NCBI GenBank assembly: GCA_044226015.1 | Contig: JBGAHS010000013.1 | Location: 1 to 64,000 of the forward strand | Length of the DNA stretch: 64,000 nt | Direction of reading: 5' to 3' | From: Candidatus Obscuribacteraceae bacterium | GTDB lineage: Bacteria > Cyanobacteriota > Vampirovibrionia > Obscuribacterales > Obscuribacteraceae | In this document: one piece after another, positions 49,540-60,150 of the stretch | Layout: each line of letters begins with the position of its first letter | How positions within the stretch are numbered: the first letter of the stretch is position 1 | Position numbers and translations under genes: made by a program | The notes under the pieces: generated by a model | Databases searched by the model: none | Told to the model about the DNA's origin: nothing | What the model saw: the letters and a program-made list of their open reading frames with translations, nothing else

Positions 49540-51162
49540 TTGAATGAGTCACCTCAACAACAAGAAGAAACAAATGACTCGGGCTCAAGAAGCTATGATC
49601 CAAAACAATTTTTGATTTTCATAAAACAGCCAGAAGAATCAGAGATCTTTTTTGGACTTGTCGGAGCAACTGGAACTGATCTTAAAATGGTTGAGCTGGC
49701 GTTATCCGATGCTCTCAGAAAAGTAAATTATGTTCCTGCACTAATCAAATTGAGCGATCTAATTGAAGAACATATGGGAATCGAGAGATCAAAATATGAA
49801 TTCAACAGAATCAAGAAAGCTATGGATCTTGGTAATGACCTACGACAGCAGTATGGTAATGAAACCGTAGCAATATTGGGAGTAGCAGAAATTCGGCGCA
49901 TTAGGGAACAGTACTGGCAAAGCAACAAATTTAGTTTGCCACCAGACACGAGAGAAAAAGACTTCTTTGAAATTCCTGCACCAAAAAGAGCTTATATATT
50001 TCATTCCTTGAAACATCCAAAAGAGGTTGAGGTATTGAGAAAGATTTATGGTGAGTCGTTTTACGTTATTTCGGCATATGCTGCAAGAACCGAAAGGAAA
50101 GCGGCGTTGGAAAAGCGCGTCGCAGAAAGTGAGATTGGAAAGAGGGTTGATAGACGAAGCAAGAAAGCTGATTCGCTTATGCGACGTGATTATAACGAAG
50201 CAAATTTGCCTCACGGGCAGAACGTAAGGGATGCTTTTCCTATGGCGGACTTGTTTGTTCATGCAAGTGGAGAAGAAAAAGCCAAACTTGCTTGTGAGAA
50301 CGCTGTAGAACGTTTCGTTCAAATGATTTTTGGTGATTCTCAACAAACTCCAACAATTGCGGAGTATTGTATGTTCCATGCCAAAGGAGCCGCTCTCAGA
50401 TCTGGTGATGCTGGAAGGCAAGTCGGCGCGATAGTAGCAACAAAACAAGGAGACATTCTTTCCCATGGTACAAATGAAGCACCAAAAGCTCATGGCGGAC
50501 AGTCTTGGACAGGAGACTCTCCCGACGGAAGAGGTGTGGCGCAACCATCTGACATAAGTGATCAGAGAAAGAAAACACTAATGGTCGATCTCTTGCGCCG
50601 ACTATGGAAAAACAAGCGGATTGACGGAATTGATAGTGATGGAATCTCAGCTTTGGCAGAAGAGATTTTTTCAGACAATCGCCCGAAGTGGATGAAAGGA
50701 GCAGAGCTGCTAGAACTGATTGGATTTTATCGATCTGTACATGGCGAAACTGCAGCAATAATAAATGCTTCAAGGATAGGTGTATCAATAAAGGGAGCTA
50801 GTCTTTTTGTTACTGCTTTTCCCTGTCATGAATGTGCACGCCACATCTTGGCTGCTGGAATCGAAAGAGTTTATTACATTGAGCCTTACCCAAAATCTCT
50901 TGCTGGTGAGCACTATCCCGAATCAATCGTAATAGATGCTGAACCTGAGACTGAGCAGATTCCCTTTTGCCAATTTGTTGGGATTGCTCCTAGAATCTAT
51001 CTTCAATTTTTTGAAGCGTTGGATCGAAAACTAAAGGATGGAACAATAATTAAGTGGGATCCTCAGCGTTGTGCCATGAGGTATCATCACCATTGGCTCG
51101 CCTATATGGCGAAAGAAGACGCTTTTTGCTCAGAGCTTATAAATAAACTGAATCCATCATGA
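49540..51162 (+). CDS. avcD: anti-phage dCTP/dCMP deaminase (P-loop kinase plus CMP/dCMP deaminase; AvcD-like)
   Basis: GLVGATGTD P-loop, SLKHPKEV, LMRRD, RSGDAGRQVGA, HGE...FPCHECA zinc motif, YIEPYPKS. Confidence 0.9.
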   Translation: MNESPQQQEETNDSGSRSYDPKQFLIFIKQPEESEIFFGLVGATGTDLKMVELALSDALRKVNYVPALIKLSDLIEEHMGIERSKYEFNRIKKAMDLGNDLRQQYGNETVAILGVAEIRRIREQYWQSNKFSLPPDTREKDFFEIPAPKRAYIFHSLKHPKEVEVLRKIYGESFYVISAYAARTERKAALEKRVAESEIGKRVDRRSKKADSLMRRDYNEANLPHGQNVRDAFPMADLFVHASGEEKAKLACENAVERFVQMIFGDSQQTPTIAEYCMFHAKGAALRSGDAGRQVGAIVATKQGDILSHGTNEAPKAHGGQSWTGDSPDGRGVAQPSDISDQRKKTLMVDLLRRLWKNKRIDGIDSDGISALAEEIFSDNRPKWMKGAELLELIGFYRSVHGETAAIINASRIGVSIKGASLFVTAFPCHECARHILAAGIERVYYIEPYPKSLAGEHYPESIVIDAEPETEQIPFCQFVGIAPRIYLQFFEALDRKLKDGTIIKWDPQRCAMRYHHHWLAYMAKEDAFCSELINKLNPS

Positions 51163-51339
51163 TTCTCTGGAATGTTCAGGTTTAGATTCGTCCTTTACTG
51201 TGGGTACAGGCTTTTGAATATAAATACAGTGAGACATATTTTTGGTTAGAATCTTCTTCCAGGTTGGCCAATTCTCCACCTTCTCTTTTGAAAGCTCCAA
51301 CATTTCGGTTAGCGCGCGTTTCTTTGCTGCTTGTGACAT
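51157..51339 (-). CDS. small hypothetical protein convergent on the deaminase
   Basis: GGGAG RBS; helical N-terminus and VENWPTWKK motif; 3' ends overlap. Confidence 0.55.
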   Translation of the reverse strand: MSQAAKKRALTEMLELSKEKVENWPTWKKILTKNMSHCIYIQKPVPTVKDESKPEHSRES

Positions 51340-51614
51340 GACAAATCTGAGCTCCCTTCAAAAACCTTCTGATCACACCGTTTTCTACAACTTGCCCTCT
51401 TAATCTCTTCTCTATCAATACTCTACCAAACATACGTATGCCGAAGCTCGCAATTTGCCACAAATACCTATATCTCTTGCGTTTTCGGATTTTCCTGTTT
51501 TTCTATATCGGATACATTAAATACAACAGCCGAAAGCGAAGGAGGAAATTTAAACTCAAAGGAGTTGCTTCCCCATTGCATTGCATTTGATCGTATTTGA
51601 TTTTGATTCATCCG

Positions 51615-52352
51615 CCAAGTAGACCTGATGTATATGCCAGCTGCCTAACCTGCACAAGGACCAAAAGGAGGCACCACCATGAAGGACAAAATGCATCTGG
51701 AAATGCTCGGGCTGAAGACGTTTCTGAAGAACTACGAAACATTCGCCGAAAAGGCTCAGAAGCAGAAACTGACTTATACCGAGTATCTGTACCAGCTGGT
51801 ACAGGTGGAAGGTGATGACAAACAAAACCGGAAGGTTGGAAGATTGCTGTAGAATTCAAAACTGCCCGACGGCAAGTCACTTGAAGGTTTCGACCTTACA
51901 GGACGGCATGTGCTTTCAGCAAGCCGCCTGAGAGAACTGGCTTCATGTGACTGCCTTGACCATTGTGAAAGCTTACTTGTCATGGAACAAGCAAATCACA
52001 TTTGTCGGCAGCTCTTGGTCGTGAGTGGTGCCTTAGAGGTCGAAAGGTATTTTATATAATAGCCTCTGCATTGGTCCAAGATCTCTTAGTTGCCAAACGA
52101 GATTTGGCACTCAACGAACTGATCGACAAGCTGGATGGCTTCGAAGCTTTGATTATCGATGATATCAGCTATGTGCCGCAAATGTCCTCTTCGTTTTGTT
52201 AGCCAAACAGTATGAGACGCGCAGCGTTGTAATTACCAGCAATTTAGTTTTTTCTGACTGATCGCTTGGTCTATCATGGCACGATACTCGAACTCGTTGA
52301 AATTGAAGGTGAAAGTTATCGAGAGTGCGCAGCAAAACTCAAGAAAAGAGCT
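51615..52352 (+). pseudogene. istB: IS21-family istB (and istA 3' tip) remnant
   Basis: Fragments LEMLGLKTF, LPDGKSLEGFD, KSHLSAALG, LIIDDISYVPQ, RLVYHG..EGESYR, with stops and frameshifts. Confidence 0.85.
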
Positions 52353-52427
52353 TGTACTTTGGCGAATTCCGTTGCGCCGGTTGGCGCGATATTTTGCGCA
52401 CACCAAATCCAAAATTTCAATATTGAT
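52353..52427 (+). repeat. 75-bp direct repeat, copy 2 (IS21 right end)
   Basis: Immediately follows the istB remnant; near-identical to 45936..46010. Confidence 0.85.
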
Positions 52428-52434
52428 CGCACGT

Positions 52435-52850
52435 TGGATCCCAAGAAATCGAACCCGTCTTTCACGTCTCAAAGAGGACAGAAGCTGATGTCGACAGTTT
52501 TTTGCTTAATGAAGAGTTGGTGCGCTCTCGCTTGAAACTCGAAGCAACTATTGGGAACGGACTTTCTTCAAATGAATAAAATGGGCGAAGATTTTGCACC
52601 CTTTGTTTGGAATTTGGTGGGAGAGAGACCCATGAGAACGCCTGAGCCCCACCCGACCCAGACACCTCTTTCAATGGAAATTTTCAGAGAACTCAAGAAA
52701 CGAGGTTTCAAATTCGTTGGTCCTGTCATTGTCTACGCTTGGATGGAAGCGGTGGGCATGGTAGACAATCACGTAAATGTCTGTCATAAGCATATGCAAC
52801 ATCGAATAATAACTAGAGGACTAAATGGACCGCAACGACTACATCTCTAA
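52435..52850 (+). pseudogene. tag: DNA-3-methyladenine glycosylase I fragment
   Basis: RLKLEATI..., FAPFVW, LKKRGFKFVGPVIVYAWMEAVGMVDNH..C; 5' part cut off at the IS end. Confidence 0.8.
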
Positions 52851-53835
52851 ACTGAATAAACTGGAAACGCTCAGCGAAACTAACTTCAAGGACCTCGGTG
52901 TTTGGGTCGAAAATGAAGCTCTACCTTGGCTCTGGGATGAACTTGGTGGCGTCATAATTGATACCAAACAACCTCATCCGTTGTCGAATAGACCTGCTCA
53001 CAGGCAGCCTTTGACGCCGATGTCCGTTTCGGATGCCGTACGCAATGGACTTATTAAAGATCAAAACGACCCGATTCAGTCAAAGCCACCATACTATCGT
53101 GCACAAATGACCATGCTAAACGACGAGATATTGCTTTATTGCAGACAAGCAGTCAACTTCTCGATGTCAGAGCAATATGCAGACGCGGCTCTGCACACAT
53201 TGCATAGAGCACTGCTCGATTTGATGCTCGGTGCACTCTATCTATTGGACAACGCTGCACGGGAGATTGCCGGAGTGGAAGGCTATTACGGTATCTGGAG
53301 GCGGAGAAGCGATCATCCTTTTGAAATTTTCAGGGGCGCCGAGCAAGTAATTTACGGGACCTTCTCTGGTCTTGCCTACGCTGACCGCGTAACCAACATG
53401 CCTGTTGCTGTCCTTCGCACTGCTATTGAACTCAGACTCAGACACGCCTTTTGCGTTTACCTTGTCCATGACCCGGCGCATCCTGAAAATCCAGTCTTTG
53501 TCGATCTAAGCGTTCTTTATGAAGCCATCAAACCTTCAAGGAAGAACATCACTTTTTCAGTTGATATCGATGATGTATTCAAAATCTATCGCTGGAGCAA
53601 CCTTTATTTGCATGCTGGAATTCGTGACTATCCCTGGATTCCTGGTTTCTTATTACGGTTCCTGCATCAATTTTTTGTCACCGAAAAAGGAGTCGACGCT
53701 AGTATCAAACTAAACGAAGCGACCTGGCGCGCGGTACGCGATGCAGCTGAGCAGGCGTATGTGAAGCCAGGAGCCGCAAAAACATTAGTTCTTCCTGCTG
53801 CAGACCCAAAAGATGCCCAGTGCGAGTTCCGGTGA
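52825..53835 (+). CDS. hypothetical protein, possible HEPN-like domain
   Basis: AVLRTAIELRLR and YRWSNLYLHAG (Rx4-6H-like); GAGG RBS. Confidence 0.65.
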   Translation: MDRNDYISKLNKLETLSETNFKDLGVWVENEALPWLWDELGGVIIDTKQPHPLSNRPAHRQPLTPMSVSDAVRNGLIKDQNDPIQSKPPYYRAQMTMLNDEILLYCRQAVNFSMSEQYADAALHTLHRALLDLMLGALYLLDNAAREIAGVEGYYGIWRRRSDHPFEIFRGAEQVIYGTFSGLAYADRVTNMPVAVLRTAIELRLRHAFCVYLVHDPAHPENPVFVDLSVLYEAIKPSRKNITFSVDIDDVFKIYRWSNLYLHAGIRDYPWIPGFLLRFLHQFFVTEKGVDASIKLNEATWRAVRDAAEQAYVKPGAAKTLVLPAADPKDAQCEFR

Positions 53836-53921
53836 TATGACCCCGCATGAATTGCCGTGCTTTTCTTTTGCATGTACAAGCAGTCCGATTCGTTAGTAAA
53901 AATGAGGATTTTAGAGGGAAA

Positions 53922-54160
53922 ATGAAAGCAATTTCTAGACGAACATTTGGTGTCCGAACCGAAAGCCGGTTTTGTAAATATCGACGTAAAAGCTTTCGGC
54001 GTAAACAGCGCTGAGACCTACATGCGGCGCGGCAAGTGAGACCTTGCCGTCGATATCAGCGGCATCGAGTGTGTTGGCCTCGTCAAAGCAGGACCTCGAG
54101 GTGAGCTTGCAAAAGGACAGAAAATTGTCGCAATGATGGGCGGCATGGGACGCTCAGTCA
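53922..54160 (+). pseudogene. zinc-binding alcohol dehydrogenase/quinone oxidoreductase N-terminal fragment
   Basis: MKAI...VNIDVKAFGVNSAETYMRRGK*...GIECVGLV...VAMMGGMGRS; internal stop and truncation. Confidence 0.7.
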
Positions 54161-54645
54161 CCGGCTTTTGGCGCGTACCAGAGTCCGGCGTCGCCGTAAC
54201 CAGGCATTGACTTACACCATAGCTTTGCACTTTCACACGCCGTTTCGATAGCATTGTCAAAATTCAGCGAAATTATCGTCCTATTTTCTAATTTCTCCTT
54301 CGATGCTACGTATTTGACCAGCGGAATAAGGTAATCAACAGAACCAGGGCTACGTACAGTCACTGCGTTTTGAAACGAATTGAGCAAACTAAAGTAGGTA
54401 CGTTCGACCACCGGCGGAAAATCAATTTTGCCGCTTTTTCCGTGGCTCCAAATTGAACCAATGAGCGAAAGAAACTTCTCAGGACTAATATCGCCAATTT
54501 CACGTTGCTTCGTCAGTGTCGCTTCTACTAAATCCCTGCCATCTGGATCTTTGACCGCTGCCTTCAGAAATTCTAGAAGCTTGAGCGAATCCGGTATTCC
54601 CGCTTCAATCGAAGCTCCAGCGCCAAGAATTATTAATTCACCCAA
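54154..54645 (-). pseudogene. truncated SIR2-like protein
   Basis: IILGAGASIEAGIP and IISLNFDNAIE; ends before the expected KLHG motif, at the junction with the ADH fragment. Confidence 0.7.
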
Positions 54646-55004
54646 GAAAAATTCTCCGGAATTGTGTGCGTAAATCCTTAAGCAGCTATAGCAAAGTAAT
54701 CGCGCTTTTTGTGTTTATCGTTAACCAGTTGTTCGAAGTTTCACCGGAACGCGATCCACTAAACATTTTTTCTTTAGGCGAGCTATACCGTGACAGGGCT
54801 TAAAGCCGCTGCTTTTCTATTTTACCAGCTGAGCGCCCACCGCCTTGAAGCCGTCTCAGTTTTTGTCAAAGTCGCCAGAGTCTGCCGTCTTTCCGGCGGA
54901 GCCCAGCTGGCTGTACGGAAAAGAATCTTCAGTCAGGTTGGCATTATCAGTGGGTCGTTCTCTTAACGCCTTGGTTACGCATTCCAACCCTTCGCATGCA
55001 ATTT

Positions 55005-56777
55005 TCACGAACCGAAGTTATACCTGCTTAGCCACAAGTGCCGTGCTTTTCTTTCCGCGACTTGCGGCTCTGCGTTCAAGAGGGCAAGCACTTGCTCTTT
55101 GAGACTGTATTTTAAAATTGCATTAACTTGCAGATGCTCAACACAATTGTGTTTTGCAGTATGCTCTCTAAATTCATCAAGCGATTTCTTTATCGCTTCT
55201 TTGTCTGACTCGCGCGATCGGTTTTCCCATTCCTTTGAACTTTGCAAGAGCAATTGATTTCCTTCAGCACAGCAGTACCGTAAATCGAAATACTCTTTGT
55301 GATCTTTCACCCAGGTCGACAGTTTAGCGAGTTGTTCTTTGTTCAATTCTGGCTTTGAATTTTGGCGTGACTTACTTGAAGTCGCGACTAATTCTAATAA
55401 CTCGAAAATCGCAGTGTAAGGTACCGATGGAGGAGTTCCCGAAATCAAATGCTCAGCCAAATCTAAGTAAACTTTTGGATCCAGTGTTCCGAACGTCAGC
55501 ACTTCTCTGTCTTTTGAGATAAGCCAATTGCAATAGTATCCTGCGATAGAAAATCCTAGCGCAATGACACTTAACGCGTCTTCTTGTGAAAATGCAGCCC
55601 CCTTTTCCGCTTGCTCAATAAGGTCAAACAAGCGTGAGTTAGCCTGCATCATGGCGCTGGTGATTGAGGATTGCTTCTCCATATCTGCTAGCACACTTCG
55701 TATATCGCGTCCTTGAATGTACAATCCAGGACCTATTTCAAACACATTGCGAAGGAGTATTTCAAAGCCAGGACGGAGGGCCGCGACAGCCATTCTGGGA
55801 TCTCTCTCAGCAAGGCTAATATAGTATTTGAATTGCAGGCCTGATGGACTTACCCTCAATTCGGGGAGATCCTCCAATACAGACCTGGCAGCTCTTAGGA
55901 TACTAGCCCTGGCCCCAGTCTGCTCTTGCTCAGAAATTTTTTCGGGATATGCCAGCTCATCCGATCGCACTGTCCAGGTCCAGTTTTGCAGATGTATTTG
56001 CGACATTATGGCGGTTGAGCTGCTCGCACTTGAATCAAGTTGAATTGAAATTCCTTGATATGAAATTTGAGCGGACTTCAACAATTTTGCAATTCCCCTT
56101 GCAAAATTAGACGAACTCTTGCCACCCGCTGACGCAGACCCGAGCCACTGATAGGCAAGAAAAAAGAGACTAACGGCACCTGTTAGTGCTAGACCCTGCC
56201 CGATTACTTCAATCCAGTCTTTAGCAAGTGCTGCTGGCGTTTTTGAAACACTTGTACTAACCGTTTTACTAGTTACCACTTTATGCATTGCTGCTTGTTG
56301 CAAGACACTCGACCTGCCGTGCGCTTGAGCCTTTTCGTTTCGTTCGTAATTGAATAAAAACAGCGCCATCGCTGTCCACAAGAAAATTTGCATGAAAATA
56401 ATCAGTGGTATTTGCGGAAACAGTTTTGAAATCGATTGATTTTTTCGGCTGAGTTCAAGTTCTTGTTTAAGTTTTTTTGCAACGTTTTCAGCTGATGAGT
56501 GCTTCTCTTCGAGTTGTTGGTTTTTGCCTACCAAATTTCTGCATGTGCTTTCCAAAGCATCGTAATTTATAGACAACTGTTCATTTATGTGCTCAAGCTC
56601 AACACGTCCGGTTTCGAGTTTCGCCAGCTTGAGGTTCAGCTGTCGAATTTCTTCCCTCTGGATTCTCTTTTCGCCTTCGATTTTAAGTAGCTTTGATTCG
56701 CATTCGTTCTCGACTGAATCGTCAAAAACAGCTTCTCGAAAGAGCTTTTTTATTTCGTCTCTAATATTATCAAGCAT
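55005..56777 (-). CDS. coiled-coil membrane protein with possible inactive HEPN/DUF4145-like domain
   Basis: N-terminal coiled coil, two TM helices, DPRMAVAALRPGFEILLRN...SQEDALSVI helical pattern. Confidence 0.7.
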   Translation of the reverse strand: MLDNIRDEIKKLFREAVFDDSVENECESKLLKIEGEKRIQREEIRQLNLKLAKLETGRVELEHINEQLSINYDALESTCRNLVGKNQQLEEKHSSAENVAKKLKQELELSRKNQSISKLFPQIPLIIFMQIFLWTAMALFLFNYERNEKAQAHGRSSVLQQAAMHKVVTSKTVSTSVSKTPAALAKDWIEVIGQGLALTGAVSLFFLAYQWLGSASAGGKSSSNFARGIAKLLKSAQISYQGISIQLDSSASSSTAIMSQIHLQNWTWTVRSDELAYPEKISEQEQTGARASILRAARSVLEDLPELRVSPSGLQFKYYISLAERDPRMAVAALRPGFEILLRNVFEIGPGLYIQGRDIRSVLADMEKQSSITSAMMQANSRLFDLIEQAEKGAAFSQEDALSVIALGFSIAGYYCNWLISKDREVLTFGTLDPKVYLDLAEHLISGTPPSVPYTAIFELLELVATSSKSRQNSKPELNKEQLAKLSTWVKDHKEYFDLRYCCAEGNQLLLQSSKEWENRSRESDKEAIKKSLDEFREHTAKHNCVEHLQVNAILKYSLKEQVLALLNAEPQVAERKARHLWLSRYNFGS

Positions 56778-56837
56778 GACGTGCGAATAATTCCTCTAAG
56801 TTCCGCTTTGTCTGGACAGGTCGAAAGCTGCTAAAAG

Positions 56838-58802
56838 TCAGGCTTTCGATTCCAGCTCCAATACGAGTTTCATTCTCAGTTTCTTTTTTTCTATTTGTGA
56901 AAGTAGTTCTTCCAAAATAACGAGGCTGCTTGAGGTTACGCCCTTTTCTGCATTTTCTTCGCTCAATATGAGATCTGCAACGGAAATGCCCAGTACACTG
57001 CTCAATCCACCAAGCACGTCCAAGCGGCCGGAGCCGTATCGTGAGTCCCAGTTAGCATTGACCGGAGGTTGTTTCCTTGCGCTGCCTAACATAGTGCTTC
57101 TTATGCTAGCTATGTCTGGCAAAGAAGATCCAGCAGCTTGTAATAACAAGGCTATTGCTCCTGTAACGTGAGGCGCCGCCATACTTGTACCGGAAAAAGC
57201 TACCGTGCCAGTCTTTGACTCGGATGCAGCAGCACGTACCTGTTCTCCAGGTGCACTGATCTCAGGCTTTTCTCGTCCATCTCTTGTCGGACCCTCTGAT
57301 GAAAAGCTAGAGAGGTCTCTGCCTAAAACTGCAGCGTTGTATGCTCCCACTGCAATTGTGTTTTTTCCACAAGAGATAGACCCCAGCGTGTGGCTTGCCA
57401 CTACATCGGCTGCAGAAAATTGCGATTGTCCTAGATCGTCGCGTTCAATCCACGCATGAAATAGAACATCCGCAGAACTAACATTTTTTAGTTCCAGTTT
57501 CCAATCGCCCGCTGGCAATTGCTTTGAAAGAAAAATATTGATGTTATTTGATTTATTCAGCGGGTCTTCTTTTCTATGCACGAGTTTGCCTAACTCTAGG
57601 GAGTTGGCACCGCTTGTTTTTATCGATAATGGATCTCCACCAAGTCTCACTGTCTTGAAGCGTTTTCCACCAGGTGTTATTAAGGTTGCTTCGAGTTCGC
57701 CTGTGCCGCAATACCATAGGTCAAGATCATTATGTGTCGGATCTCCCATCTTGGTGATCCAGGTAAGTGTTCTTGTATTGCCAGGTTGAATCTGTCCGCT
57801 GGCATGAATGTTTTTTTCGTGGGAATTTCCAGCAGAAATGACTATTGCTCGCCCGGGCTTCGATAAGAGATTGTCAAAACCTATTTCTGCTGGCGTCCTT
57901 CCATCATGCGGACCACTGTTGGTTCCAAGGCTCATATTGATAACGCAGGGAAGTTTTAGTTCCTCGGCTTTGCTGAAGATGTACATTGCTGCTTCCAAAA
58001 GGCGTTTTGAATTGCCAAAGGATTCATCGATTTTGTAATCATTTGCAGATAACTGAACAAAAATGATTTCTGCTTTTGGAGCAACTCCTGGATGACCGGA
58101 GCCTTTTCCATTGCCTGCCGCAATATCCATTACATGAGTTCCATGTGCACGAACTCCAGGCTGATATGCGAGTTTCCTGTAGGGATCTCCAGCCGCCTGA
58201 AGCGCACTGTTTATGACCGTTGAATTGAATTCACGCCCGTAGTTATATGGTTGGGGAGACATCACATTGCTATTGAGAGTTTGATCCCAGAAATATTTGA
58301 TTCTAGTAGTACCGTCATCGTTACGGAAGTTGTCGTGGAAGAAATCGCATCCGAAGTCTATTATGCCGACCACAACACCGGACCCATCCAAAGCACCTTT
58401 GTCTCCAAATGCTTTGCTGAAGTCATTTGCTAGTCCCCTTATTTCCGGTAGTGAATTGATAAGGCTAGGATTTACCGGACGTGCCGCTTTCAAGCTGATT
58501 ACGTCAGGATTCTTCTTTACGTTTTCGATGTCTTCGGCTGCCACGACTCCGGTAACAACCGTATATTCGGAGTCTCCCATTGCAAGTCCTGTCCTCTTGA
58601 GACCTGCAATGTCTACGTCACCTTTTAAGACCGCGAGTACTTCAATGCCGATGATTTCGTTTGATTCATCGCAATTGAGAAGGCTTTCTCTAGGACGATT
58701 ATTGGCTTTGACGTCCATTAGAACTTTCTGCAGTTCAGGATCTAAATCGCTAGAAACTCCAGATACTTCTGATCCAATCAAGTCAGATTCATCAATCGGC
58801 AT
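56838..58802 (-). CDS. S8 subtilisin-like peptidase (Csp-like, inserted beta domain)
   Basis: IIDFG, HGTHVMDIAAG, SAGN, SGTSMAAPHVTG. Confidence 0.92.
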   Translation of the reverse strand: MPIDESDLIGSEVSGVSSDLDPELQKVLMDVKANNRPRESLLNCDESNEIIGIEVLAVLKGDVDIAGLKRTGLAMGDSEYTVVTGVVAAEDIENVKKNPDVISLKAARPVNPSLINSLPEIRGLANDFSKAFGDKGALDGSGVVVGIIDFGCDFFHDNFRNDDGTTRIKYFWDQTLNSNVMSPQPYNYGREFNSTVINSALQAAGDPYRKLAYQPGVRAHGTHVMDIAAGNGKGSGHPGVAPKAEIIFVQLSANDYKIDESFGNSKRLLEAAMYIFSKAEELKLPCVINMSLGTNSGPHDGRTPAEIGFDNLLSKPGRAIVISAGNSHEKNIHASGQIQPGNTRTLTWITKMGDPTHNDLDLWYCGTGELEATLITPGGKRFKTVRLGGDPLSIKTSGANSLELGKLVHRKEDPLNKSNNINIFLSKQLPAGDWKLELKNVSSADVLFHAWIERDDLGQSQFSAADVVASHTLGSISCGKNTIAVGAYNAAVLGRDLSSFSSEGPTRDGREKPEISAPGEQVRAAASESKTGTVAFSGTSMAAPHVTGAIALLLQAAGSSLPDIASIRSTMLGSARKQPPVNANWDSRYGSGRLDVLGGLSSVLGISVADLILSEENAEKGVTSSSLVILEELLSQIEKKKLRMKLVLELESKA

Positions 58803-58825
58803 TGTTATGTACTCCGTTTAGGTTA

Positions 58826-59962
58826 TTAGGAAAAGCGTTGAAGCACTGAATTGCTAAGCATTTCGGTAGCTATATTTGACGTTGACTGATCCGAATCGAT
58901 AAGTTCTTGTGCAAAGCTAATTCCATCCAATTTAGATTCAAGATCTTTTATGGAGATCAAGTAGGGAGTCCAGTCATCTGATACTTCAAACTCGGCTTGC
59001 CATTGAACATGGGTCAATTCTTGTTCAAGCAAAAAAGCGTAGGAATGCAGGTTGCCAGACTCAACGAAGCTAACGATCTTCCAATAGGCGCCTGGAATTT
59101 TCACTTTGATTATTCCATCGCGAGAGTAACCTTGAAAAACACTGTCACGAGAAGAAAAAACTGGACCAGCGGTGACACTGTATTTTTCTTGTTCCTTTTT
59201 TACTTGTTTAAGAACCAAGTCTTCGAGCTCGCCCCAGAGTCCGCCTAGTTTCCCCTGATTAAAGTTGGCTACCTGAGGGCTGCAGTTGGTGATGTGGAAC
59301 GTATCGCCGTTGGCTTTTTTGACCTGATCGTAGCTATCACCCCAGCATACGTCCTCGCGTCTGACTATATGTCCTTTGTCGAAGGATTGCCGGTCTTTGT
59401 TGTAAAAAGCATCAGTCAGCTGATACTGATCATCGAGCCTGGAATCGGGAACCCATGTTTCGCTATCGCTTGGTCCGAGTTCTCCCAGGACTTTACGCCC
59501 GTATTTCTTGGTTTTGTCTGGTGTTCTTTTATCTGGAGCACCATCCACATTTGAAACTGTGCATAGAGCCATTCTTCTTTTGGCGTGCATCGCGATCGAA
59601 AAATGCTCGTAATGCAAATAATTCTCTCCCTCTTTTGTTTTGGCAACAATCGTGCTCGTTAAACTTGGCAGCGGAAGTTTAATTCCCAAAAAATCTTCGT
59701 CATACCCTGTTCGATCAGAATAATCGGTCACCATATACGGTACTTTTTCTGCAAACAACTCTTCTTCTGAAACAGTTCCTGCGCTATCTGTGGCTTTTTT
59801 GCCAGTCACCACGCTATTTTCGGCTGATACTGAGTATCGAATTTGTATGTGAACAGGAATTACAACTTCTTCCGGGCTACCATTTTCTTTATCGTTAAAA
59901 ACACTATCGATTTGCTTTGAGATGGTCATGAATCTTCCCGCCATGATGTATGCACATGGCAA
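58826..59962 (-). CDS. DNA/RNA non-specific endonuclease (NucA/EndoG family)
   Basis: LHYEHFSI, FDKGHIVRRED, TFHITNCSPQ..FNQ, WGELE, IPGAYWKI; start may be 59929. Confidence 0.9.
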   Translation of the reverse strand: MPCAYIMAGRFMTISKQIDSVFNDKENGSPEEVVIPVHIQIRYSVSAENSVVTGKKATDSAGTVSEEELFAEKVPYMVTDYSDRTGYDEDFLGIKLPLPSLTSTIVAKTKEGENYLHYEHFSIAMHAKRRMALCTVSNVDGAPDKRTPDKTKKYGRKVLGELGPSDSETWVPDSRLDDQYQLTDAFYNKDRQSFDKGHIVRREDVCWGDSYDQVKKANGDTFHITNCSPQVANFNQGKLGGLWGELEDLVLKQVKKEQEKYSVTAGPVFSSRDSVFQGYSRDGIIKVKIPGAYWKIVSFVESGNLHSYAFLLEQELTHVQWQAEFEVSDDWTPYLISIKDLESKLDGISFAQELIDSDQSTSNIATEMLSNSVLQRFS

Positions 59963-60150
59963 TGAAAAGCCTATGCCATGCTGTTTTTGTTATAGCGAAA
60001 ATTATAACCGCTGAGGGAGAAAATGTTATTCTCTGGATGTCTTTTCTGCATATTTAATCCGCACCGGATGTCATATCACTCCGATCAAAATGCTGATAAA
60101 AAGCCAGAGGGGGCGAGTTGCTAGGGTATCCACTGAATGAGGTTTACTTG

